Source: an uncultured bacterium
GTDB lineage: Bacteria > Oederibacteriota > Oederibacteriia > Oederibacteriales > Oederibacteriaceae
Reading direction: 5' to 3'
Assembly (NCBI GenBank): GCA_965112635.1
Contig: OZ218778.1
Location: forward strand, 2,432,001-2,496,000
DNA: 64,000 bases
Shown here one piece after another: positions 21,354-30,032 of the stretch. The notes under the pieces were generated by a model that was given only the letters and a program-made list of their open reading frames with translations, searched no databases and was not told where the DNA came from. Both the position numbers and the translations under genes were made by a program. Position 1 is the first letter of the stretch, and each line of letters begins with the position of its first letter.

Positions 21354-22667
21354 TTAACTCCTGACCTCAACTTCGGCAATATCCTCGATCAATCCCTTTT
21401 TGATATACACATGGCGGACCAGCCTGCGGAACTCCGGCAGCCTGCTGTAAAACACCACGGCACCCAGCAAGCTGCACAGCCCAGCGCCCAGGATGGTGTG
21501 CGGCGTCCCTATTTTGCTGGCCACGCTGCCCATCATCAAGGCTCCGAATGGCCCGGAACCGATAAAAGCCATAGTATAAAAGCTCATGACCCGGCCCCGC
21601 TTGTCGTCATCGGCCAGCGTCTGGGTGAGAGTGTTGCAGCTGGCGATCTGGGTGATCATGCAGATACCGGCCAGGACCAGGAGGCCGGAGGAAAGCCATA
21701 AGTTCCGGGAGAATGAAAAAGCGATGACAAATATCCCAAAGCACGCCGAAGCTAAGGGTATGATCTTTTCCAGGCCAGCCGCGTTCTTGCGTGACGCCAG
21801 GAGAACGGCCCCGAGGAAGGCGCCTACGCCCGTAGAGCCGATAAGAAAACCATAAGTATGGGGCCCGCCCTGCAGGACATCTTTGGCCACCACCGGCATC
21901 AGCACCACGTAGGGCATTCCCATCATCCCTATAAAGAAGAGGTAGAGCAAGATATCCCTTAACGGCTTGAACCCCCTGACATAGTGGAACCCCTCGCTTA
22001 GTTCCTGCAAGACCCGTCCTCCCTTTTTGGCGATCTTTTGGGCTGGCACTTTCATGGCCCAAAAAGCCCAGATGACCGGGATAAAACTGATGCCGTTAAA
22101 GAGAAAGCAAAGCCCTTCTCCCAGCATCTTGATCACCATTCCAGCCAGGGAAGGGCCTATAAACCGGGCACTGTTGAACAGGGATGAGTTGAGGGCGATG
22201 GCATTGCCCAGATCCTCTTTTTTTTCGATCATCTCCACCACAAAGGACTGCCGGATGGGCACGTCAAAGCCGTTGGCCACACCCAACAGGATATTCAGTC
22301 CCATGATGAAAGGAAAAGAGGCCTTGCCTGAAAAAACCAGGTAGGTAAGAGCAAAAGCCTGCAGCATGGAAAGGGATTGGGTAAGGATAAGCAGCCGGCG
22401 TTTGCTGAACCGGTCGGCCAGAACCCCGGCAAAAGGCGCGATAAAAAGGATGGGGATCTGTCCGCCGAACTCCATCAGTCCTAAAAGGTAAGCCGAACCG
22501 GTCAGGCTGTAGACCAGCCATTGCATGGCGACCTTCTGCATCCAGGTCCCAATCAGGGAAATGCCCTGGCCTGTGAAGAATAATCGGTAGTTCCGCGAAC
22601 TGAAGGAACGAAGGACTTGCTTGATATTGGCCAAGCCTTTAAAGGGCCGCTGCGGATTTTCTGGCAC
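21354..22667 (-). CDS. MFS transporter
   Basis: NYRLFFTGQGISLIGTWMQ and GVLADRFSKRRLL motifs; about 12 TM segments. Confidence 0.92.
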   Translation of the reverse strand: MPENPQRPFKGLANIKQVLRSFSSRNYRLFFTGQGISLIGTWMQKVAMQWLVYSLTGSAYLLGLMEFGGQIPILFIAPFAGVLADRFSKRRLLILTQSLSMLQAFALTYLVFSGKASFPFIMGLNILLGVANGFDVPIRQSFVVEMIEKKEDLGNAIALNSSLFNSARFIGPSLAGMVIKMLGEGLCFLFNGISFIPVIWAFWAMKVPAQKIAKKGGRVLQELSEGFHYVRGFKPLRDILLYLFFIGMMGMPYVVLMPVVAKDVLQGGPHTYGFLIGSTGVGAFLGAVLLASRKNAAGLEKIIPLASACFGIFVIAFSFSRNLWLSSGLLVLAGICMITQIASCNTLTQTLADDDKRGRVMSFYTMAFIGSGPFGALMMGSVASKIGTPHTILGAGLCSLLGAVVFYSRLPEFRRLVRHVYIKKGLIEDIAEVEVRS

Positions 22668-22771
22668 TAGGTATCCTTTGACAAGCTTACGATTTTTTAT
22701 GGATATTATACCGGTTATTGATAAAATGTAACGGCTGTCACTATATTTGTGCTGATCAAGGAGGACTCTTG

Positions 22772-23380
22772 ATGAAAAAGTTTGCGGTGGTCTCCATGCT
22801 GTTGATCCTTCTTATCCCCAACTCAACCCTGGTTTGGGCCCAAGCGGACACGGGTCAAGAAGAAGCGCAATATCTCTCCGATGTCAGCTTGAATGCCCTG
22901 GGTATTTTTGGGCGGGCCTTGGATTTAGGCTACGAGATGCGGCTGGACAAGGGACACTCTGTGGCTTTTAGGATCATTGGGTGGAAAGAAACAAAGGACG
23001 ACTGGGACCTAGGATGGGGCGAACTCAATGTCGCTTACCATCTCTATCCCGGCGATAAAGCTATCCAGGGATTTTACTGGGGCCCCAAGCTGGGTATCGC
23101 GGGGACAAACGGGACTTACACGGCCGGCCCTGGCAACACGGGTAACGGCTCCGGAACTTTCCTGGTGCCGGAACTTGAACTCGGGCACCAATGGATCTAT
23201 AAAACCAACTATGCCAATTATGTTCTGGATTTTGGAGGCGGCGTAGGCGCTTATCTCGGCCAGGCTAAGGCCACGATCAACGGAACGGATTATACCGACT
23301 CGTTTTCCGGGATTAACCTGGATCTGCGTATAGCCGCGGGGATCGCCTTCACTTCCACCGTTGATTTCAGGGACAAATAG
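22772..23380 (+). CDS. Small outer-membrane beta-barrel (DUF3575-like)
   Basis: Signal peptide, alternating amphipathic strands (LGYEMRL, YHLYP, GFYWGPKLG, LGHQW); AGGAGG RBS before ATG 22772. Confidence 0.65.
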   Translation: MKKFAVVSMLLILLIPNSTLVWAQADTGQEEAQYLSDVSLNALGIFGRALDLGYEMRLDKGHSVAFRIIGWKETKDDWDLGWGELNVAYHLYPGDKAIQGFYWGPKLGIAGTNGTYTAGPGNTGNGSGTFLVPELELGHQWIYKTNYANYVLDFGGGVGAYLGQAKATINGTDYTDSFSGINLDLRIAAGIAFTSTVDFRDK

Positions 23381-23394
23381 AGAACAAAGATTGA

Positions 23395-23982
23395 TTACTT
23401 GCTGGCAGGACTGAACTCTTCGTCAATAAGCTGGCAAATGATGTGAATAGCGGTCATATACCCTTCCTGGATCCTGGCCGAACTTGTGGCGTTAATCCTC
23501 AGGCTCAACTTGGCCCCCCTGCTCAAAGCGCAAGGCTTGCCTCCGGTAAACCCGATGGTAAACGCCCCTTTTCTATTGGCCGCCTTTAAAGCCCTGATGA
23601 CATTAGGAGACCTGCCGCTGGTGCTGATGGCGATGACTGTGTCCCTTTTTTCCACCAACGCCTCGACCTGTCTGGAAAAGACCTGGTCATAGCCAAAATC
23701 ATTGCCGATGCAGGTCAGGAGCACGTCGTCCGCGTTCAAGGCCAGGGCGGGCAACGGCCTGCGCATCCTGTGGAACCTGCCGACAAGCTCCGTGGCCAGA
23801 TGTGACGCATCCCCGGCGCTTCCACCGTTCCCAAAGACCACCAGCTTCCCCCCGTTTTTAAGGCTCTTGATGACCTGGCGGGCGATCCGCTCGATAATGC
23901 CAATGCTGGTCCTGGCCATGTCTATTTTGATGGCCGCGCTCTCGTTCAATCCTTTGCGTATCGTTTCCTGAAAAGTTGCCAT
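23395..23982 (-). CDS. gmhA: SIS-domain phosphoheptose isomerase (GmhA-like)
   Basis: FGNGGSAGDASH, GNDFGYDQVFSRQVEA, ISTSGRS and RIQE motifs. Confidence 0.88.
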   Translation of the reverse strand: MATFQETIRKGLNESAAIKIDMARTSIGIIERIARQVIKSLKNGGKLVVFGNGGSAGDASHLATELVGRFHRMRRPLPALALNADDVLLTCIGNDFGYDQVFSRQVEALVEKRDTVIAISTSGRSPNVIRALKAANRKGAFTIGFTGGKPCALSRGAKLSLRINATSSARIQEGYMTAIHIICQLIDEEFSPASK

Positions 23983-24060
23983 CTCTCCCCTTCCTTGGTT
24001 TAAATAATGTTAGTTTAGGGAAACAAACCCAGGGTGTCAAATACTTCCCTGGTTTTCCGG

Positions 24061-25020
24061 CTAGACCTTGCCCGCTGTCATAGCCACGGCCAACGACGCG
24101 TAATCGCCGACCTGCTCTCCGAGCTTGGCGGAAACGATCTTGCAGGCCTTGAGGGACATGGGGATCGCGTCTTTTTTCAGCTCTGCTTCAGCTATGGGCC
24201 ACAACAGCTTTTTTTGCCGGATAAAAATGCTGCCGATCACTATTTTCTGCGGGTTGAGCATATTGACGATCACGGCCAGTCCCCGGCCCAGATATTTGGC
24301 GCATTCGGCGACCACCTCTTCGGCCAGCTCGTCCCCGGAGCGGACCGCCTCAAAAACAGCCTGGGCACTGAGGCTGTCAGGGGTTAAAACCGTCTTTTTG
24401 TCCGGGTTCTTTTGCAGGGCCAACTGGGCCAGCCGGCCAATGCCGCCGCCGCTGCAAAATCCTTCAAAGGAACCGGCCAGGTTATACCCGACCGGCCCGG
24501 ACTCCGCCAGCCTGACGGCCCCGACCTCGCCGGCCAAGTCATTGGTGCCCCGGTAAAGTTTTTTGTCCAGGATCAAACCGGCGCCCATGCCCGTGCCAAA
24601 GGTCAGGAACACCATGTTGCGGGAGCCCTTGCCGCTGCCCCACAACCACTCGGCCACAGCGCAGGCATTGGCATCGTTTTCCAGATAAACCGGCAGCCCG
24701 AATTTCCTTTTGAAATAGGAGACAATAGGGACGCGGTTCCATCCTGGCAGGTTGGGCGGGCCCAGCACCACGCCCTTTTTGCTTTCCAGCGGTCCCCCAC
24801 AGCTGATCCCCAGTCCAAGCAGACGGCTGTGGTTTATTTTAAGGTTGGCTAAAAGGTGTTTGGCCCTCGTGGCGTATAAAGCCAGGGTAGGACCCGGCCC
24901 CTGGGGTGTGGCGAAAGACTCTCTGATCATGATCTTGACCCCGTCTCCTGTCTTTTGGCCCAGGATGACCGCGCACTTGGTCCCGCCAATATCAAAACCT
25001 AGTAAAAAATCCTTGTTCAT
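24061..25020 (-). CDS. ROK-family sugar kinase
   Basis: DIGGTK, ENDANACA, TFGTGMGAG, AGEVG and GSFEGFCSG motifs. Confidence 0.9.
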   Translation of the reverse strand: MNKDFLLGFDIGGTKCAVILGQKTGDGVKIMIRESFATPQGPGPTLALYATRAKHLLANLKINHSRLLGLGISCGGPLESKKGVVLGPPNLPGWNRVPIVSYFKRKFGLPVYLENDANACAVAEWLWGSGKGSRNMVFLTFGTGMGAGLILDKKLYRGTNDLAGEVGAVRLAESGPVGYNLAGSFEGFCSGGGIGRLAQLALQKNPDKKTVLTPDSLSAQAVFEAVRSGDELAEEVVAECAKYLGRGLAVIVNMLNPQKIVIGSIFIRQKKLLWPIAEAELKKDAIPMSLKACKIVSAKLGEQVGDYASLAVAMTAGKV

Positions 25021-25076
25021 TTATAAATACCCCCAACTTTAAGTTTTTGGCAGGTTGCCATAAAAAATAAGCAGCC

Positions 25077-25805
25077 TTAATAAGAAGTATACGGCCTTCC
25101 CAAGGGATCCTTTTCGTTGCTGTTCAGGAAAATAAATCCGTTGGTGCTGTCATAAGCCCAGCCGTCCCCGGAACCAGCAGGAAGCTGACCCGCTTTTAGG
25201 GCGGAAACCTTATTGCTCCGTACCTCACCCTTGCCCTCGTGATAAATAAAGGCATCAGGGATACTGTCCAGATACGCCGACATCGGGCACTTTTCCCAAT
25301 GTTCCGGGCCCAGCGCTTTCGGCCAACGGCCCTGGTGGTCGCCATAATAAATAGCCAGGGTGGAGCGCAAAAGACCCGCGTTGTTCTGATTACGCCCTCT
25401 GTGTTCAATATAAGGCGACACTTTTGAGTCGTTATATAAAAGGCCGATAAGGCAGATAAAACAGGCCACCGCCCCTACTTCAAAGAACATTCTGAAACCC
25501 CGCTCCAGAACATTTTTTCCTTGAGCGGCCTGCCTTGTACCGGCTTTGGCCTTGACGGTCCTGATGACCAGCCTGGCCAGCAGGTAAAGAAGGATGAGCG
25601 TCACTAAAGCAGCGAGAATATAGATGGACAGCTCAAGATAGGCGTGTTTGGTCTCCGGCATGGAGAGCTCAACAGCCTCAGGAATCTTCACCGTGAGTAG
25701 CGCTACTTCTAGAATAGCGAAGTAAATAAAATACCCCGTAAAGACAATTGCCTTTATCCACTTCCAGACTTCCAGAAAAATATTTTTCCAGCCCTTCCCT
25801 TTCAT
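25077..25805 (-). CDS. Multi-TM membrane protein with a C-terminal GspG/pilin-like head (paralogue 1)
   Basis: 3 TMs then NAGLLRSTLAIYYGDHQGRWP..GDGWAYDSTNG..KDPLGRPYTSY; start set at ATG 25805. Confidence 0.7.
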   Translation of the reverse strand: MKGKGWKNIFLEVWKWIKAIVFTGYFIYFAILEVALLTVKIPEAVELSMPETKHAYLELSIYILAALVTLILLYLLARLVIRTVKAKAGTRQAAQGKNVLERGFRMFFEVGAVACFICLIGLLYNDSKVSPYIEHRGRNQNNAGLLRSTLAIYYGDHQGRWPKALGPEHWEKCPMSAYLDSIPDAFIYHEGKGEVRSNKVSALKAGQLPAGSGDGWAYDSTNGFIFLNSNEKDPLGRPYTSY

Positions 25806-25839
25806 ATCGCCGCCCTTTTCTTGCTGGATAATGTCAAAC

Positions 25840-26559
25840 TTAGTAGGTGGTATAGGAAACTCCCACGGTATCTTTTTCATTGCTGTTCACATAAAGCTGG
25901 CCGTTGGTGCTGTCATAAGCCCAGCCGTCTCCCGGGCCCGAGGGCACTTGGTCAGGCTTGAGGGTGACGACCGCGTTGCTGTCTTTTTCGCCTCTCCCTT
26001 CGTGCCAAACCATAGCATTAGGCAATGGTTCGATATAACTCGACATGTCACATTGATCCCAGTGGTCCGGGTCCAACTTGGCTGGCCATGCACCCTGGTG
26101 GTCACCATAATATATGGATAAAGCCGAGCGGATAGAGTCGGCATTGCCTTTGGTGCTGCCTTCATGGCCCCCCTTATATAACATTTTGGGGAACTTCGAG
26201 AATGAAACATATAAAAAAATGATGAAAATGACTATCCCGGCAGCTTCCAAAAATATCTTTAAATATTTACGCCGCTTGACCTTCGGGTCTACAGCTCCCG
26301 CCGGGACCTCCTCTGCCTTTTCCTTGAGAATCCGCACTATGGATCTTCCAATGTAATAGAGCAGCCAGCCAAGCAGTCCGGCCGCCGCCAAAAGTCCCAG
26401 GAGCATCCAAGCCGGATGCGCCACAGTAGGGTGCTTAAACTCCCCAGGGCTCATCATCAGAAGGCCAATTAAAGCGAACTCCTGGATGGTCAAACCCAAC
26501 AGCAGAATGACCAAAACAATTATTTTTAGCCATTTCCAGAAATAGAACAGAGCCTTCAT
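25840..26559 (-). CDS. Multi-TM membrane protein with a C-terminal GspG/pilin-like head (paralogue 2)
   Basis: 3 TMs then EGSTKGNADSIRSALSIYYGDHQGAWP..GDGWAYDSTNG..KDTVGVSYTTY; GGGAGG RBS before ATG 26559. Confidence 0.72.
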   Translation of the reverse strand: MKALFYFWKWLKIIVLVILLLGLTIQEFALIGLLMMSPGEFKHPTVAHPAWMLLGLLAAAGLLGWLLYYIGRSIVRILKEKAEEVPAGAVDPKVKRRKYLKIFLEAAGIVIFIIFLYVSFSKFPKMLYKGGHEGSTKGNADSIRSALSIYYGDHQGAWPAKLDPDHWDQCDMSSYIEPLPNAMVWHEGRGEKDSNAVVTLKPDQVPSGPGDGWAYDSTNGQLYVNSNEKDTVGVSYTTY

Positions 26560-26573
26560 CTTTAGCCTCCCTA

Positions 26574-27014
26574 CTATCGATAGAATACAAGCATGACTAC
26601 CCCGGTAACTGTCATAATAATACCAGCGGACCTCGCGATTTTGAACCAGCGGCTTTTCTTTTCGTAATGATAGGCTCCCCAAACCATTATCAATCCAGCC
26701 AATATCCACATCCCAGCGAGCTTCAACGAGCAATGCTGGTAACAGGTAAAGATGGTTTGGACCCTGGCCAATCCTATCAGGCAATAGACGGCCAGGATGC
26801 AGAGCAGGCTGCTCCGGAGGACATAAGCCGCCGAGGACCGCCTTATAAAAGGAACGAAATCCACCACGGCCAGTTGCAGGCCCATGGCCAAGGACGCTGC
26901 CGGCAATATCCAATGGTGGTGGATGCGGTTCAGGAATATCGATGAGACCGCGATAAACAAAAGCAGGTTAAAAATAATGGCTCCAGCTATGGACCAAAAC
27001 TTTATCCTGCTCAT
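26574..27014 (-). CDS. Hypothetical integral membrane protein
   Basis: 146 aa with about 5 hydrophobic segments; GGGGAG RBS; first gene of a co-oriented trio. Confidence 0.65.
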   Translation of the reverse strand: MSRIKFWSIAGAIIFNLLLFIAVSSIFLNRIHHHWILPAASLAMGLQLAVVDFVPFIRRSSAAYVLRSSLLCILAVYCLIGLARVQTIFTCYQHCSLKLAGMWILAGLIMVWGAYHYEKKSRWFKIARSAGIIMTVTGVVMLVFYR

Positions 27015-27144
27015 CTATACTCCCCGATACTAAAGATAAGTTTATTTTACTATCCTTGCCTCGACAAACTAACTCTTTTTACAAGGAATTATTTGTGAAA
27101 ATGCCCACTTCCTATATATAATCAAAGCCAGAAGGGAGACGAAC

Positions 27145-28518
27145 TTGCCCATCTTTACCCAGATCATAGAGCTTTTAAGGTCCGACCCTACTTTTGTCAT
27201 TTACATGCTGACCCTAGCGGTCCTCTTCCTGCTAGGGACCGTTTTCTTCATCTTTTATGTTTTTATACAACCTATCCGCCAACTGTTTGAAAGGGCTAAG
27301 GGCGTCCAAAAAAACCTTTCCGACACTGAAAAAAACCTCCAAACCCAGGACGAGATAAAATTCATCACGCAGACCTTCCATCTTTTGGAAGAGGACTTGA
27401 AAAAAAAGGACATAGAGTTACAGAAGCTTTATGAAAAAGAAAGGGAACGTGCCGAATCCCTGGAGACCTACACCCAGCACCTCCTGCAAAACCTCAACAG
27501 CGGGCTGCTGTTCTTTGACCCCCAGCACCGCCTCAAGCTTCTCAACCCTGCCGCAGCCACCCTGCTCAACCTGACCCAGAAAAAAACGAGAGGCATGACC
27601 TGCGAAAAGCTTTTTGGCCCATCCAGCCGCTGGGTAACCCTGTTAAAGCAAGCCCTGCAAGAACGCAAGCTCGTTTTCCAGGAGGAGTTCCTGCAGGAGA
27701 ACGCCTCCCGCGAACCCAGCTGGCTCAGGGCCAGCTCTTCCCTGGTCTATGACCGGGCCAAGAAGATCACGGGTTGCACTTTCCTTTTCAATGACGTGAC
27801 CGCCTTCAAAAAAATGTCCGAAGAAATTGAACGCCAGAAAAAACTCGCGGCAATGGGAGAGATGGTGGCCGGAGTCGCCCACGAGATCAGGAACCCGCTG
27901 GCCACCCTCAAAGGGTTCGCCACCATGCTCCGTAACAAACTAGAGCCCGGGGACACCCGTCACAAACTGGCGCAGGACATCATCCAGGAGACCGAGCTCC
28001 TCAATAAGATCGTCACGGACTTCCTGGACTTTGCCCGTCCAGAACAGACCAAAGCCTCCCCGGTGGACCTGGCCGCCACCCTCAAGGAAGTGTACGACTC
28101 GGTCCGCAAACAGAAGAAAAAAACAAAGATCACCTTTGCCTGCCAGATCGCCAAGAACCTTCCCCCGGTCATGGCGGATGGCGCCAGGCTGAGGCAGGTG
28201 TTCTATAATGTCTTGCTCAACGCAGTGGAATCCATGCCCGAAGGCGGCGCTTTTAAACTTCGCGCATTTTCTTCGGCTCCTGACAAGGCGGTGGTGGTCG
28301 AGGTCGAGGACCAGGGCAAGGGCATCCTGCCGGAGGATCTGGATAAAATTTTCAATCCCTTTTTCAGCACTAAACTGCAAGGCACAGGCCTTGGCCTCGC
28401 GATTGTCCATCGCATAATGACCCAGCACAATGGTAGGATAGAGGTGCAAAGCAAGGTTGGCAAAGGCTCTATTTTCAGGCTTATCTTCCCGGCCAAGGAG
28501 AACGCGAAAAATGCCTAG
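27145..28518 (+). CDS. PAS-domain sensor histidine kinase (PilS/AtoS-like)
   Basis: One TM, coiled coil and PAS domain; H-box AGVAHEIRNPL, N-box QVFYNVLLNA, DQGKGI, FNPFFSTK and GTGLGL. Confidence 0.92.
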   Translation: MPIFTQIIELLRSDPTFVIYMLTLAVLFLLGTVFFIFYVFIQPIRQLFERAKGVQKNLSDTEKNLQTQDEIKFITQTFHLLEEDLKKKDIELQKLYEKERERAESLETYTQHLLQNLNSGLLFFDPQHRLKLLNPAAATLLNLTQKKTRGMTCEKLFGPSSRWVTLLKQALQERKLVFQEEFLQENASREPSWLRASSSLVYDRAKKITGCTFLFNDVTAFKKMSEEIERQKKLAAMGEMVAGVAHEIRNPLATLKGFATMLRNKLEPGDTRHKLAQDIIQETELLNKIVTDFLDFARPEQTKASPVDLAATLKEVYDSVRKQKKKTKITFACQIAKNLPPVMADGARLRQVFYNVLLNAVESMPEGGAFKLRAFSSAPDKAVVVEVEDQGKGILPEDLDKIFNPFFSTKLQGTGLGLAIVHRIMTQHNGRIEVQSKVGKGSIFRLIFPAKENAKNA

Positions 28519-29842
28519 GATATTGGTGGTCGAGGACAAGGAAAGCATGCTCAAAATGCTGCGCCAGCTTCTGGAAGAAGCTGGCCATGAGGTGGAAACG
28601 GCCACCAGCGCCGAGCAGGCCATGGATAAGCTGGAAACCGGCTCTTTCCCCGTGGTCATCACGGACCTGAAATTACCTAAAAAAAGCGGCCTTGACGTCC
28701 TTAGTAGTGCCAAAAAACGCAACCCTCATACCCAGGTCATCCTCCTGAGCGCCTACGGGACCGTGGAGACCGCTGTTGAGGCCATGAAACACGGGGCTTT
28801 TGACTTCCTGTCCAAGCCCTTTGACAACGAGCACCTCCTGCTGTTGGTCCAACGGGCCATGGAGTTTTCCGTCTTGCAGCAGGAAAACATCGCCCTACGC
28901 CAAAGTTTTAAGGAGTCAGCCAGGGTTCCCGAGCTGGTTGGCCAAGCGCCAGTGTTCCTAAAAGCCATCGAGCTGGCCAAAAAAGTAGCACCCAGCGACA
29001 CCACAGTGCTCTTGACCGGCGAGAGCGGCACCGGCAAGGAGCTTTTTGCCAAGCTTATCCACTCCCTGGGCCCCACCGCGGAAGGGCCGTTCGTGGCCGT
29101 ATCCTGCGCTTCCCTGTCCGAGGGTGTCCTGGAAAGCGAGCTCTTTGGTCACGAAAAAGGCTCGTTCACTGGCGCAACCAACCGCCGTCAGGGTCGTTTT
29201 GAGCTGGCCAAAGGAGGGACTCTTTTCCTGGACGAGATCGGTGACGTAAACCCCAATGTCCAGGTCAAGCTGCTCCGGGTCATCCAGGAAAAAAAGTTTG
29301 AGAGGGTCGGAGGCACGGAAACCATCACGGCCCAATTCCGGCTCATCGCCGCGACCAACCACGACCTGCTGGCTTCCAGCCGCGATAAAAAATTCAGGGA
29401 AGACCTGTACTATCGACTGTCGGTTTTTCCCATCCACCTTCCCTTGCTCCGGAACCGCCAGGAAGACATCCCCCTCTTGGCTGAACACTTCTTGAAACTT
29501 TTCCGTTCCCACTCTCCCAAAAAGATCTCTGGATTCAGCAAAGACGCCCAGGCCCTCCTGCAAAAATACCCCTGGCCTGGAAATGTCCGGGAACTGCAAA
29601 ATGTCATTGAGCGGGCCATGATCCTGTGCCCCGGCACGACCCTGACCTCCGCTGACTTTTCTTTCCTGGAATCCCAGCCCGCGTCCCCAGCCAGGCTCAA
29701 AGATCTGGGCAAGAACGCCAAACTAGAGGCGGAAAAAAGCAAAATTCTGGACGTGCTCAGAGAAGTTGGGGGCAATAAATCCAAGGCAGCCAAAAAGCTG
29801 GGCATCAGCTACAAAACCCTTCTCAGCCGGTTAAAACCCTGA
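28511..29842 (+). CDS. sigma54-dependent response regulator (PilR/NtrC-like)
   Basis: REC domain, GESGTGKE, ESELFGHEKGSFTGA, FLDEIG, WPGNVRELQN and a Fis-type HTH; start set at ATG 28511. Confidence 0.94.
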   Translation: MPRILVVEDKESMLKMLRQLLEEAGHEVETATSAEQAMDKLETGSFPVVITDLKLPKKSGLDVLSSAKKRNPHTQVILLSAYGTVETAVEAMKHGAFDFLSKPFDNEHLLLLVQRAMEFSVLQQENIALRQSFKESARVPELVGQAPVFLKAIELAKKVAPSDTTVLLTGESGTGKELFAKLIHSLGPTAEGPFVAVSCASLSEGVLESELFGHEKGSFTGATNRRQGRFELAKGGTLFLDEIGDVNPNVQVKLLRVIQEKKFERVGGTETITAQFRLIAATNHDLLASSRDKKFREDLYYRLSVFPIHLPLLRNRQEDIPLLAEHFLKLFRSHSPKKISGFSKDAQALLQKYPWPGNVRELQNVIERAMILCPGTTLTSADFSFLESQPASPARLKDLGKNAKLEAEKSKILDVLREVGGNKSKAAKKLGISYKTLLSRLKP

Positions 29843-29968
29843 TCAACCTAATGGGGAATTTTTTACCCAAGTTGGATAAAAATGTACCCAAACCTGCCAA
29901 TATCCCTCCGGCCCCAAAAAATTCCTTTTAAAAGAGGCTTGTTTTATTGTGTTCCCGGTAAAGTGGAG

Positions 29969-29986
29969 TGGGCATGAAAAATGCTA
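29969..29986 (+). promoter_or_regulatory. sigma54 (-24/-12) promoter of the minor-pilin operon
   Basis: TGGGCATGAAAAATGCT gives exact GG-N10-GC spacing (GG 29971-72, GC 29983-84), about 50 bp before ATG 30033 and directly downstream of a sigma54 activator gene. Confidence 0.75.
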
Positions 29987-30032
29987 TATACTAAGGTAGA
30001 AGCGGTTCGAAAAACGGAAAAAAGGAACGCTT

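Noticed and set aside
25077-26160. Similar 3' ends of the two pilin-head paralogues as a DGR TR/VR pair or shufflon
   Set aside because: The differences are not restricted to adenines, both copies are intact genes, and no RT or invertase lies nearby. Ordinary tandem duplication explains it.
26560-26913. 118-aa N-terminal extension of ORF 25840..26913
   Set aside because: It overlaps the 146-aa membrane gene in another frame. A GGGAGG RBS before ATG 26559 and the length of the paralogue support the shorter start.
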